From: Candidatus Latescibacterota bacterium
GTDB taxonomy: Bacteria > Latescibacterota > UBA2968
Assembly (NCBI GenBank): GCA_965208125.1
Contig: OZ242320.1
Location: 2,240,001-2,304,000, forward strand
DNA: 64,000 bases
Direction of reading: 5' to 3'
Under the pieces are notes generated by a model that was not told where the DNA came from, did no database searches, and saw only the letters and a program-made list of their open reading frames with translations. Below are positions 38,403-48,174 of the stretch, piece by piece; within the stretch, counting starts at the first letter, position 1, and the number at the start of each line of letters is the position of its first letter. A program made the position numbers and the translations under genes.

Positions 38403-40478
38403 ATGTTCTTGAAAAAAGAATTGTTATTTTTTACTGCCCTTGCATTTCTGGCATTTGCGGGTCAAGCTTCTGCTGGTCCCAATGCAAATGCGACGGTATC
38501 GATTGATTTGATTACCGATGGCGGGGCAGGCAATCAGATGGATGAAGGCGTTCATGCAGGCAATGTCTCTGGAGAGGGCACGAAAATTGCCGTTGAGGTT
38601 TTCGCTCAGGGTGTGACTACGACGCTGGTCGGCGTGCAGATCATATTTGAATTTGATGATACTGTTTTGAAGTTTGACAAAGTCGAGAACAGTGCATTTG
38701 GCTTAATTATTCCAGGGACGGCTAACATGGGTGCTCTTGCGCCTGTTACGTTACCCGAGTCTGGTTTTCTGGCACGTGCCGAGTTTTCTACTGTGGTGGA
38801 TGTTACGGGTAAGGAATTTTCCCTCGGTATTAAGTCGGTGACGCTGGCTGCAACCGCAGACCAGGCGGATCAGGACACAATCACGCCAGAGATGATGGCG
38901 ATGATGAGTACGATTAATTTTAATGTCGCGCCCAAGCTGCAGACAGCTACGCCTGTTGTCCCGGTGCCGCCAGGTGGCACGGGGATGGCGACGGTGATGG
39001 CAGTGAATTTCCCCGCGGATGCGACGATTACCTTTGATGTGCAGGGCATGATGCTCGATAATATTATGCATGCTCAGGAAGGTGCCACGCTGACGCTGAC
39101 GGCGAGTGGTCCGGCACAGGCGGTTGTGACGGCGAGTGATGGCATGGCCACAACCGAGCCGCTTACGATTGTGTTTGTCGAGGTGCGGCTTCCCGCATTG
39201 GATGCCGTTGTGGGCATGGACATGAATATGATGGATGATGGCAATACATCGGCTGGTGCTGGTGCCAACGAAGAGATCGCTATTGAGGTGTTTGTAGGTG
39301 ATGTAGAAGGTGATGTTCTCTTTGGTGGTGCGAGTATGACGTTCGTTGTTGATCCGGCTGCTGCTGCGATGGTCACGGGTTTTGAGCCTGCTGATGGTTT
39401 GACGTTGTTGGGCATGTCAAATGATAATCTTCAGGTCGATGTTGGTTCTGAAGAGGGCGTGATGCTGGCCAATGGTGGCTATGTGGGTACACTGAAGCTG
39501 ATGACTGGTGCCGAGGAAATGTCTTTTTCAGTTGGCGTTGCGTCGATGGATGTGCTTCTCGGTTCTGGTGAGACCATGATGCTGCCTTATATTCCCGCAC
39601 CGGTGATGTACAATTTCGGTCCGCGGCTGGAGGTGTCGGCATCAATTGCGACGATTCCGCGCGGTGGTGAAGCGACGATTAAAATTACGGCGCTGGGTTT
39701 TGCCGATGGTGCGAAGATTACTTTTTCGCATACTGTAGAAGGCGCAGCTATGGTCGATGGTCACCCGGAAATGGATATGCAGAATGTCTATACGTTGACT
39801 GCGACCGGTCTGGGTTCCGCTGTTGTGACGGTGACGGCTTCCGATGGCATGGCTGCTGTTGAGGTGACGGTTCAGTTTGACGAGCAGGTGCCGATTGAGT
39901 TGTCGTCGTTTGTCGGATCTGTGGTCGAAGACCGCGTGGTGCTCAATTGGGCGACGGCTTCGCAGACCAATAATGCGGGTTTCCGCGTGCTTCGCAGTAC
40001 GGATGGAGAGACCTACGAGGTGGTCAGCGAGCTCATAGCCGGTGCCGGTACGACCGATCAGTTGATGGATTATATGTTTGAGGATACGAGCCTTCCGGCT
40101 GCTGAGATCGTTTATTATGTTCTCGAGCAGGTTGACCTGGATGGGACGATTAACCGTTCGAATCCGATTGAGGTGCTGTTGGGCGCGCGCTTTACGCTGC
40201 CCACAGAGTTTGCTTCGGCTGTGTATCCCAATCCGTTTAACCCACGGACGACGATTTCCTACGATTTGCCCGCTGAAGCAGATGTGTCTATCGTGATTTA
40301 CGATGCGATTGGGCAGGAGATTCGTCACCTCGTGAGTCGGCATTATACAGCGGGTCGCTATAGTGTCCAGTGGGATGCTAAGGACTTTATGGGCCGCAGT
40401 GTTGGTAGTGGCGTTTATATCGCCAAGATCAAAGCGGGTCCAAATACCGCGATCCAGAAAATGTTGCTGTTGAAGTAG
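38403..40478 (+). CDS. Secreted cohesin-like/Ig protein with PIELSSF domain and T9SS/FlgD-Ig C-terminus
   Basis: Signal peptide paralogous to 31846; VPIELSSF..LNWATASQTNNAGF; YPNPFNP...KMLLLK. Confidence 0.85.
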   Translation: MFLKKELLFFTALAFLAFAGQASAGPNANATVSIDLITDGGAGNQMDEGVHAGNVSGEGTKIAVEVFAQGVTTTLVGVQIIFEFDDTVLKFDKVENSAFGLIIPGTANMGALAPVTLPESGFLARAEFSTVVDVTGKEFSLGIKSVTLAATADQADQDTITPEMMAMMSTINFNVAPKLQTATPVVPVPPGGTGMATVMAVNFPADATITFDVQGMMLDNIMHAQEGATLTLTASGPAQAVVTASDGMATTEPLTIVFVEVRLPALDAVVGMDMNMMDDGNTSAGAGANEEIAIEVFVGDVEGDVLFGGASMTFVVDPAAAAMVTGFEPADGLTLLGMSNDNLQVDVGSEEGVMLANGGYVGTLKLMTGAEEMSFSVGVASMDVLLGSGETMMLPYIPAPVMYNFGPRLEVSASIATIPRGGEATIKITALGFADGAKITFSHTVEGAAMVDGHPEMDMQNVYTLTATGLGSAVVTVTASDGMAAVEVTVQFDEQVPIELSSFVGSVVEDRVVLNWATASQTNNAGFRVLRSTDGETYEVVSELIAGAGTTDQLMDYMFEDTSLPAAEIVYYVLEQVDLDGTINRSNPIEVLLGARFTLPTEFASAVYPNPFNPRTTISYDLPAEADVSIVIYDAIGQEIRHLVSRHYTAGRYSVQWDAKDFMGRSVGSGVYIAKIKAGPNTAIQKMLLLK

Positions 40479-40581
40479 GGTCGGGTTTCCAACCCGCCCT
40501 CCCTTGTGGTTGCCCGATTGTAGAGGCGGGTTTAAAACCCGCCTGTAAGGATGGCGCCGATTCCTGGGACGGTGCCGATTC

Positions 40582-40621
40582 AAAAAGGCCATTGGACATT
40601 TTGTCCAGTGGCCTTTTTTTT
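40582..40621 (+). terminator. Intrinsic terminator after the three-gene operon
   Basis: aaaaaggccattggaca-ttt-tgtccagtggcc-tttttttt. Confidence 0.88.
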
Positions 40622-40706
40622 ATTATTGCGATATTATATATGTGAAACTATATTCGAGCACGAAACGTCGGTTAAATAAATAGCTGAATAAATAAAGGAG
40701 TTTTGA

Positions 40707-41720
40707 ATGGAGAAGGTGCGAATGGGCTTGATCGGGTGTGGTGGCAATATGGGCGGTCATCTCGGGCGGTTGATGAAGATGCAGGATGTGGAGGTTGTGG
40801 CGCTGGCAGATCCGAGTGAAGCGAGTTTTGCGCGGTTGTTTGCGCGCGTGCCAGAGGCAGAACAGTTGCCGAGGTTTGCAGATCACAGGGAGATGCTTGC
40901 CAGTGTGGAGATGGATGCGACAGAGATTTCTACGCCGCATACGTTGCATTTTGAACAGATTATGGATAGTCTGGATAAGGGTTTGCATGTGCTGACAGAG
41001 AAGCCGATGGTGTGTACGGTTGATCACGCGTTTCAAGTGATGGATAAGGCAGAGGAGGTGGATCGCGTTTTGATGGTGTCCTATCAACGGCACCTGTCAC
41101 CGACGTTTCGGTTTATGCGGAATCAGATTCAGGCGGGGGAGATCGGAGAGGTTCAGTTTATTCAGGCGATGCAAGATCAGCACTGGTATGAGAATCAACA
41201 GGGGAAGTGGCGACAGGTTCACGCGCTGTCGGGCGGGGGTCAATTGAATGATTCAGGGAGCCATTTGCTGGATATTGTGCTGTGGATGGTGGATCAGGCA
41301 CCCACACGCGTGTCGGCGTTTATGGATTATTTGGATACAGAGGTGGATATCAATTCGGCGCTGTCGATTGTGTTTGAGAATGGTGCGTTGGCGAATTTTT
41401 CTATTGTGGGTACAGGTCCCGGTCCCGGGATGTGGGAGGATATTACGATTTGGGGCACAAAGGGGGCGATTTATTCTCGCAATGGGAAGGTGACGTGCAA
41501 ATACGGTGGCAGCGCACCGGTAGAGGTGGATGCGAATCGTTTGCCTTCGCGGTTTGTGAGTCCAGATCAAAATTTTGTGGATGCGATTTTGGGGCGCGAT
41601 GAAGTTCAGGTTCCGCCAGTGTGCGGTTTGCGCGTGATCCAGTTGACCGAAGCGGCATGGGAGTCGGCAGAAAAAGGCGGTCGCCCGGTGCGCGTGAAGC
41701 GCACGCGAAGTAGGAAGTAG
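40707..41720 (+). CDS. Gfo/Idh/MocA oxidoreductase
   Basis: GLIGCG, HVLTEKPM, GGGQL.DSGSH. Confidence 0.93.
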   Translation: MEKVRMGLIGCGGNMGGHLGRLMKMQDVEVVALADPSEASFARLFARVPEAEQLPRFADHREMLASVEMDATEISTPHTLHFEQIMDSLDKGLHVLTEKPMVCTVDHAFQVMDKAEEVDRVLMVSYQRHLSPTFRFMRNQIQAGEIGEVQFIQAMQDQHWYENQQGKWRQVHALSGGGQLNDSGSHLLDIVLWMVDQAPTRVSAFMDYLDTEVDINSALSIVFENGALANFSIVGTGPGPGMWEDITIWGTKGAIYSRNGKVTCKYGGSAPVEVDANRLPSRFVSPDQNFVDAILGRDEVQVPPVCGLRVIQLTEAAWESAEKGGRPVRVKRTRSRK

Positions 41721-41821
41721 GAAGTGAGAAGTGAGAAGTGAGAAGTGAGAAGAGGGAGGGCCTCACACAAACGTAGGAGACGGTCCCCGTGCCGTCCCGT
41801 TGCGATCCAGGAGGTTTTCTT

Positions 41822-42826
41822 ATGTGGAAATTAACTGTTGTTCTCGGTTTGTTCGTCAGTGCTGTCGCGAATTGTTGGGCACAGCCCGTGATGTTAAAAC
41901 TCGACAATCCAGAGGGACGTGCGCTACAATACAAACATACATATAGAATGTTTTATTTTAGCAATCAGGCTGAGATTTTATTTGGCGTACAGGAGATGGG
42001 GACCAATGTTGATGACGAGGGAATTGTTACTTTTACGTCGGATTTTTCCAGAGGTGCAACATTTGAAATGGATCTGAGCGGAGAGTGGGAAAGCCGCGAG
42101 GAGGTGGTGGGTTTGGCAAAAGATCATCCCGATTCATTGGCGGATGTGACCCGGATAAAGGCGACAATTCTGAAAGCCGATAGCCGCGCTATTTTGGCGG
42201 GTAAGCGTTTGACGTTTGAACAGTATCCAGATAATTTTGAAAAGTTCAAGGGTCGAGAGTTTTCATGGTTTGTCAATTCAAAAGGGGAGATTTCCAATTT
42301 TGAACCCGAGTTTTATGCGTACCGACTCGGTCGTGAGGATCTGGTTACAGATCTCTTTCTCGCATGGGTTCCCGAATACAGCTTGACTTTGCCAGATAAA
42401 CCCGTTTCCGAAGGCGATATATGGGCGGGAGAAGGTGCTTTCAAACGGCGAATTGAGTACAGGCGTTTGCGCAATCAGGATGTGTTTCTGAACTATAAAA
42501 GTTCGTATCGGGTCAAAAAGATTAAAACGAGTAAGGGAAGAATTGAAGTGGAGATTGAGGAAGAGCGGGAGGTTTCTTATAAGGGCTGGATTGATATTGG
42601 GAATGCGTCATTTGTCGTGGATGGCAAAGGGACAGGAACTGGGAAATGGGTGATTGATACTACGCGTGGGCTGGTTTTGGAACATAAAACCACGCTTGAT
42701 ATCAATCGTCCAAAGGTGATGAAGGGATTTGTAAATTCAGAAGGTAATCTCGCCGAAATTCCCGATATGGTAGCCGAGGTGAAGATCAATTTTGAACGCA
42801 AACTGAGAAAGATAGAAAAAGAATGA
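41822..42826 (+). CDS. Exported hypothetical beta-rich protein
   Basis: Signal peptide, LPDKPV..GD.W motif; ATG 41822 after GGAGG. Confidence 0.75.
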   Translation: MWKLTVVLGLFVSAVANCWAQPVMLKLDNPEGRALQYKHTYRMFYFSNQAEILFGVQEMGTNVDDEGIVTFTSDFSRGATFEMDLSGEWESREEVVGLAKDHPDSLADVTRIKATILKADSRAILAGKRLTFEQYPDNFEKFKGREFSWFVNSKGEISNFEPEFYAYRLGREDLVTDLFLAWVPEYSLTLPDKPVSEGDIWAGEGAFKRRIEYRRLRNQDVFLNYKSSYRVKKIKTSKGRIEVEIEEEREVSYKGWIDIGNASFVVDGKGTGTGKWVIDTTRGLVLEHKTTLDINRPKVMKGFVNSEGNLAEIPDMVAEVKINFERKLRKIEKE

Positions 42827-42847
42827 GATGCGTTGTTCCGCACGCGC

Positions 42848-42876
42848 TTGACACGGGTTTTTAGATGTGGTATTCT
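42848..42876 (+). promoter_or_regulatory. Probable sigma70 promoter of the proteasome operon
   Basis: TTGACA-17 nt-TATTCT with an extended -10 TG. Confidence 0.65.
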
Positions 42877-43058
42877 TGACGTGAGACGTTAAAGGTACCC
42901 GTCATCGCGGCATGGTGTAAGCCGCGATCCAGAGGTTTTGCTTTTGCCTTTATCCTGTTCATCCTTAAATCCTGCACATCCTGATCCGGAGGTGAGCCAT
43001 CAATACCAGCGATTCTGATCGTCAGAGAAAGTCACCTGAAGATTTTCTTCAGGACTAT

Positions 43059-44705
43059 GTGGATATGCAGCATACGTTTCAGTCATTGTCGATTATCGAT
43101 CAGATTTTGATGACGATGGATGAGACAGATCGACGGCGGCCCCTGTTGTACCAATTGCGTCGGCAGCTTCAGGAGGATGAGATTACGTTTGAGGAGGCGA
43201 GGCGCACGATTGTGGAGTTAGAGGGCGCGCTGGAGAAGGTGACGGCACCGGCCAATCGGGTGGGGACGCTGTTGGCACCGCCAGAGAATGGTGTCGCGTA
43301 TCTTACGGTGGGCGGGGCGGAGTATTATGCGAATGTGGATTCGCGGTTGGATGACCGCAGGTTGAAGGTGGGGACGCGGGTGCTGGTGAATGAGGCGTTT
43401 GCCGTGGTGGGCGATATGGGCGAGTCTCCGTCGGGTACTGTGGGTAAAATTGTCGATGTGCTGGACGATGGGCGTTTGCAGGTGGGGCAAGAACACGGTT
43501 CGCAGACGCATGTTCTGCTGCGAGGGGCAGATCTGGAGGCCGAGGCTTTGAAGGCGGGCGAGGAGGTGCGTATTGATCCGCATTTTCGCGTGGCGCTGGA
43601 GAAGATGCCGCATTCCGAGGTTAAGGATTTTTATCTGGAGGAAGTGCCCGATTTGCCGTGGGAGAAGATCGGGGGACAAAAAGATGCGATTCAGGCGATT
43701 AAAGATACGATTGAGATGCCGGTGTTGCATCCGGAGTTGTTTAAGCGGTTTCAGTACAGTACGCCCAAGGGGTTTTTGCTGTACGGTCCGCCGGGGTGTG
43801 GCAAGACGCTGATTGGGAAGGCGACGGCGTACAATCTGGAGAAGCAGGTGCAGGATGACGGACTGAATCTCAAGGCGTGTTTTATGCATATTAAGGGTCC
43901 CGAGATTTTGAATATGTGGTTGGGAGAGTCCGAGCGCAAGGTGCGCGAGATTTTTTCTCAGGCGCGGGAGAAGCGGCGCGAGGGGTTTTTGCCGGTGGTG
44001 TTTATCGATGAGGCAGAGTCGGTTCTGGGAACGCGACGGGCGATTCGGTCACACAATATTTCAAATACGGTTGTGCCGATGTTCTGTTCCGAGATGGATG
44101 GGATCGATTCCCTGCAAGATGTGGTGATTATTTTGACGTCCAATCGCCCAGATTTGATCGATCCGGCGATTTTGCGTCCCGGGCGAATTGATCGCAAAAT
44201 TAAGGTTATTCGACCGGATGAGGATGCCGCGCGCGAGATTTTGGGTATTTATTTGACGGCTGATTTGCCGCTGTCAGAGGCTGCGTTAAACGCGCAGGAT
44301 GGCAATGCGCGGGCAGCTGTTGACGATCTGGTGGCGCGTGCGGTTGCAGAGATATATGCCAAACGCGATGATACGCGCTTTTTGGAGGTGACGCTTAGAA
44401 GCGGTCGGAAGGAAGTGTTGAGTCGCGGCGATCTGTGTAGTGGGGCAATTCTCGAGTCTATTGCACAGCGCGCGAAGGAGCTTGCGATTAAGCGGTGTAT
44501 TGCGTTGGGTATAGATGATGGGATTGGGTTTGACGATTTGCTCGTGGGGATTGAGACCGAGTATGGGGAGAATGAGATTTTCCCGCCGACGGATAATACA
44601 GAGGATTGGTTGAAGTTGCTGGATTACGATCCGGAAAATGTGGTGCGCGCAGCGCCGATTCGCCCCAGGCGAGAACGCCGCGCCCACGGGCATGGTGTGG
44701 TGTGA
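43059..44705 (+). CDS. arc: Proteasome AAA+ ATPase (ARC/Mpa-like)
   Basis: N-terminal coiled coil, OB domains, EEVPD, GPPGCGKT, VVFIDE, DPAILRPGR. Confidence 0.92.
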   Translation: MDMQHTFQSLSIIDQILMTMDETDRRRPLLYQLRRQLQEDEITFEEARRTIVELEGALEKVTAPANRVGTLLAPPENGVAYLTVGGAEYYANVDSRLDDRRLKVGTRVLVNEAFAVVGDMGESPSGTVGKIVDVLDDGRLQVGQEHGSQTHVLLRGADLEAEALKAGEEVRIDPHFRVALEKMPHSEVKDFYLEEVPDLPWEKIGGQKDAIQAIKDTIEMPVLHPELFKRFQYSTPKGFLLYGPPGCGKTLIGKATAYNLEKQVQDDGLNLKACFMHIKGPEILNMWLGESERKVREIFSQAREKRREGFLPVVFIDEAESVLGTRRAIRSHNISNTVVPMFCSEMDGIDSLQDVVIILTSNRPDLIDPAILRPGRIDRKIKVIRPDEDAAREILGIYLTADLPLSEAALNAQDGNARAAVDDLVARAVAEIYAKRDDTRFLEVTLRSGRKEVLSRGDLCSGAILESIAQRAKELAIKRCIALGIDDGIGFDDLLVGIETEYGENEIFPPTDNTEDWLKLLDYDPENVVRAAPIRPRRERRAHGHGVV

Positions 44706-44706
44706 T

Positions 44707-46236
44707 ATGAACCGTTTATTCGGTATAGAAACAGAATACGGGATCACGATTGACGGGGTGGATAAGGTCGATGTGGTAGAGGAGTCAATGCAGTTGATTC
44801 GATGCTATCAGCAAGGGGCTTTTGTCCCATTGTGGGATTATGGGCTGGAGAATCCCCGTCGGGATGAGCGGGGGTTTGAGGTTAAGAATCTGCTGAATGA
44901 TGTCGATGAAAAGGTGCATTTGCAACAGGATCGCAAGCGCAAAATTCCGTTTAAAGAATTGAAGAGCGATTTGATTATTTACAATGGGTCCCGGTTTTAC
45001 AACGATCATACGCATCCGGAGTATTCGACGGGTGAGTGTACGAGTTTGTTCGAGCTTGTGGCACAGGATAAGGCCGGGGAGCGCATTGTGGATATTTGCG
45101 CGCAGCGGCGCACGGAGATGCTGGATCAGGGCACTGTGCGAATGTATAAGAACAATACGGATTTTGAAGGGCATAGCTATGGGTGTCACGAGAATTATTT
45201 GATGGATCGCTCAGTGCCTTTCGAGCGTATATTGCAGGGGTTGTTGCTGTTTTTCCCCACGCGGCAAATTTTTTGCGGGGCTGGCAAGGTGGGGGTTGAG
45301 CGAGAGGATCGCGCACCGATTTATCAGTTGTCACAGCGCGCGGAGTTTTTTGAGGTGATCGCGAGTGTGGATACGATGCACAAGCGCCCGATTGTGAATA
45401 CGCGCGATGAACCCCACGCAGATGCGGCACAATATCGCCGGTTGCATGTGATTGTGGGCGATGCCAATATGTCGGAGTATATTACGGCGCTTAAGGTGGG
45501 GACAACGGCACTGGTGATCGATTTGATTGAGGCGGATTGTTTGCCGGATTATCGGTTGAAGGATCCGATTGCGGCGATGAAGAATATCGCCCGGGATCAG
45601 TCGTATGCGTGGTTGGTCGAGGTGGAGGGTCCCGGCCATCGCCTCGTTCCCGCAGTTGAGATTCAGGATGCGTTTTTGAATTTGGCACGGCGCGAGTTTG
45701 CCGGGCGGGATCGAGAGACGGATTGGGTGTTGTCGGCGTGGGCCGATGTGTTGGAGAAGTTGCGCTGCGATCCAATGGATCTGGTGGGGGTGTGCGATTG
45801 GGTGACGAAGAAGTGGTTGATCGATAGTTTTTGCGAGGAGGAGAATCTGGCGTGGGATAATCCCGATGATTTGTTCTGGATGCAGAGTCAGGATCTGGAG
45901 TATAGCAATGTGGATCGGGATGCGGGGTTGTATTATTTGCTGGAGTCGCAGGGGCAGATGGTGCGTCTGGTGGGCGATGATGAGGTGGCTGCGGCGATGT
46001 CGGAACCCCCTTCGGGTACGCGGGCGTATTTTCGGGGGCGCAGTTTGGAGAAGTTCGGCGATTATGTGTCGTCGATTAACTGGGATCGCATTGTGTTTAA
46101 GCGCAATGGTCGCCAGCATGCGGTGGATATGAAGTTATTGGTGGATGAAGAGCGAGTAGAGCGTTATAATGAGGTACTTGATCGTTCGGAGACGTTGGAG
46201 AGTTTTTTAGCTGCGTTGGATAAGGTGGATTCGTAA
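44707..46236 (+). CDS. dop: Dop/PafA2-family deconjugase
   Basis: GIETEYG, NGSRFY.DH.HPEYS, GCHENY, RPIVNTRDEPHAD, YRRLHVI.GD.N. Confidence 0.85.
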   Translation: MNRLFGIETEYGITIDGVDKVDVVEESMQLIRCYQQGAFVPLWDYGLENPRRDERGFEVKNLLNDVDEKVHLQQDRKRKIPFKELKSDLIIYNGSRFYNDHTHPEYSTGECTSLFELVAQDKAGERIVDICAQRRTEMLDQGTVRMYKNNTDFEGHSYGCHENYLMDRSVPFERILQGLLLFFPTRQIFCGAGKVGVEREDRAPIYQLSQRAEFFEVIASVDTMHKRPIVNTRDEPHADAAQYRRLHVIVGDANMSEYITALKVGTTALVIDLIEADCLPDYRLKDPIAAMKNIARDQSYAWLVEVEGPGHRLVPAVEIQDAFLNLARREFAGRDRETDWVLSAWADVLEKLRCDPMDLVGVCDWVTKKWLIDSFCEEENLAWDNPDDLFWMQSQDLEYSNVDRDAGLYYLLESQGQMVRLVGDDEVAAAMSEPPSGTRAYFRGRSLEKFGDYVSSINWDRIVFKRNGRQHAVDMKLLVDEERVERYNEVLDRSETLESFLAALDKVDS

Positions 46237-46255
46237 TACCCGCAGGTGGACATCC

Positions 46256-46323
46256 GGGACGGCACAGGGGCCGTCCCCTACGATGGTATTGTGATTTGTA
46301 GGGGCGGGCCCCTGTGCCCGCCC
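46256..46323. repeat. Divergent REP doublet (REPIN-like)
   Basis: gggacggcacaggggccgtcccctac ... gtaggggcgggcccctgtgcccgccc; the same pair recurs at 59130-59199. Confidence 0.88.
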
Positions 46324-46360
46324 GCATATAGGAAAGATATTTTCATAAAGGAGGCCGTAT

Positions 46361-46552
46361 ATGGATAAGGTCTTACAGTTTGAACGACGGACGAAGCCGG
46401 TCGATCCGGGAGGACCTGGTCCGGGCGATGATGGCGATGGCGGTCCTGCGCGCCCGAAGGTGGAGCGGCCAGATACGCGCGATTTGCTGCGGCGCATGCG
46501 GCGCGTTGATCCCAATCAGGCGCGGCGTTATCGCCAGCGTACAGGCGAGTAG
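46361..46552 (+). CDS. ubact: Ubiquitin-like protein UBact
   Basis: 63 aa, disordered, LLRRMRRVDP..A.RYRQRTGE matching the UBact R[T/S]G[E/Q] terminus; AGGAGG RBS; located between dop and the beta subunit. Confidence 0.93.
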   Translation: MDKVLQFERRTKPVDPGGPGPGDDGDGGPARPKVERPDTRDLLRRMRRVDPNQARRYRQRTGE

Positions 46553-46555
46553 CCC

Positions 46556-47359
46556 ATGCAATCGGGTGGGGATTTTGTCGATTTGCTGCGGCAGACGGGC
46601 TACCGGTTCCCGGGTGAGAATTTGGGCGATGTTCAGGCCGAGCGCGATTTGCCTTTTGAGCCGACGGATGCGACGACGATTCTGGCATTTCAATATGCCG
46701 ATGGGGTGCTCGTTGCAGGAGACCGTCGCGCTACAGCGGGCAATATGGTGCTTTACGATCGCGCGGATAAGGTGATTGATCTGGATGCGTATTCGGTGAT
46801 GGCAATTTCGGGGTCGCCTTCTATTGCGTTTGAGATCGCGCGGATTCTGGAGCATGCGTTTCAGTATTATCGCCGCCGTTTGCTTCAGGAGATGAGTTTG
46901 CAGGCGAAGTTGCGCCGGTTGTCGCTGTTGATCAAGGATAATTTGCCGATGGCGATGCAGGGTATTGGCGCTGTGATTCCCATTTTTGCGACGTATGATC
47001 AGGCAGATGCGCGGGGTAAAATTTATTTTTACGATGCGCTGGGGGCGCAGTTCGAGAGTGCCGATTTTACGACGACGGGGTCGGGGTCGCCTGCGATTCG
47101 CGGGGCGATGTATTATTTGAATCGCTGGGGCGGTCGGCGGTTTGTGGAGATGGATCGCGATTCGGCAATCGGGCACGCGCTTCAGCTTCTGGATACGGCG
47201 TCGGAATACGATTCGGCGACGGGGCGATACGAGCGGTCGGCTGATATTTTTCCGTCGGTGAAGACGATTACGGCGTCGGGTCTGGCGGAGATCGAGACCG
47301 AGGAGTTGCGGCAGCTCTATGTTCAATATGTGGATGGGGAGGAGGCGGGACGCGCATGA
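46556..47359 (+). CDS. prcB: 20S proteasome beta subunit
   Basis: Propeptide then TTILA; Thr1, Asp17 (AGDRR) and Lys33 at correct spacing; GSG. Confidence 0.9.
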   Translation: MQSGGDFVDLLRQTGYRFPGENLGDVQAERDLPFEPTDATTILAFQYADGVLVAGDRRATAGNMVLYDRADKVIDLDAYSVMAISGSPSIAFEIARILEHAFQYYRRRLLQEMSLQAKLRRLSLLIKDNLPMAMQGIGAVIPIFATYDQADARGKIYFYDALGAQFESADFTTTGSGSPAIRGAMYYLNRWGGRRFVEMDRDSAIGHALQLLDTASEYDSATGRYERSADIFPSVKTITASGLAEIETEELRQLYVQYVDGEEAGRA

Positions 47360-48174
47360 TGTTGTCAGATGAGCCGTATCGCTGGGCAGAGGCGGTTGCG
47401 AATCGGCGCGAGTATATTGAAGATCAGATTCGGACGGGGAGTCCGGTTGTGGGTGTTGGGTACGAGGATGGGATTTTGTTGCTGACGCTGTCGCAGAGTC
47501 AGCAAAAGGTGTTTGAGGTGTACGACTGTATCGGGCTTGCGGCGATTGGACATTCGACGGATATCGAGAAGCTCAGGCAGGCTGCGATTGATATGGCGCA
47601 TTCGATTGGGTTTAATTATTCAGAGGACGATGTGACGTTGCGTCAAATTGTGTATTTTGGTCTGGGTCCTGCGATGAAGGCGGGGTTTGACGATGTGGTG
47701 CGGTCTCCGTTTTTGGCGCGGGTGCTTCTGGCGGAGATAGATGGGCAGGAGGGGGCGCAGATTTTTTATACGGTGGATTACGATGGCGCGTTTTACCGGC
47801 ACGAGAAATGGGCTGCTGTGGGGGGCGTTGTGGAGGCGGATGTGATGATGGTGCGCGAGTTGTCGGGTTTGGATACGGGGGCGTTGTCCTTATCAGATGC
47901 CGCAGGTGTTGCGCTTCGCGCCTGGGCAATCGGGCGATGGATTGGGAAGATGGAAGAGGTGCCTACAGATGCGGACGCGTTGGAGCAGGTGGCCGGGGAA
48001 GTCGATGTGACTGATGTGCTTGAGACGGCGTTGGTGGATATGGAGGTGGAGGCGGTGGTGCTGGGGCGGTCGCAGTTGGGTAAAAACAAGTATCGCAATG
48101 TCGATGCAGAAGAAATTGCGCCCGCGCTGGTAGAGGTAGGTTTCAAACCTGCCCGTACAAAGGAGGCCCCATGA
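47356..48174 (+). CDS. prcA: 20S proteasome alpha subunit
   Basis: GSPVVG..Y.DGILL, KVFEVYD, Ntn fold without a catalytic Thr; operon position. Confidence 0.85.
   Translation: MMLSDEPYRWAEAVANRREYIEDQIRTGSPVVGVGYEDGILLLTLSQSQQKVFEVYDCIGLAAIGHSTDIEKLRQAAIDMAHSIGFNYSEDDVTLRQIVYFGLGPAMKAGFDDVVRSPFLARVLLAEIDGQEGAQIFYTVDYDGAFYRHEKWAAVGGVVEADVMMVRELSGLDTGALSLSDAAGVALRAWAIGRWIGKMEEVPTDADALEQVAGEVDVTDVLETALVDMEVEAVVLGRSQLGKNKYRNVDAEEIAPALVEVGFKPARTKEAP

Noticed and set aside
46361-46552. Calling the modifier Pup
   Set aside because: It lacks GG[Q/E]; the RTGE terminus matches UBact
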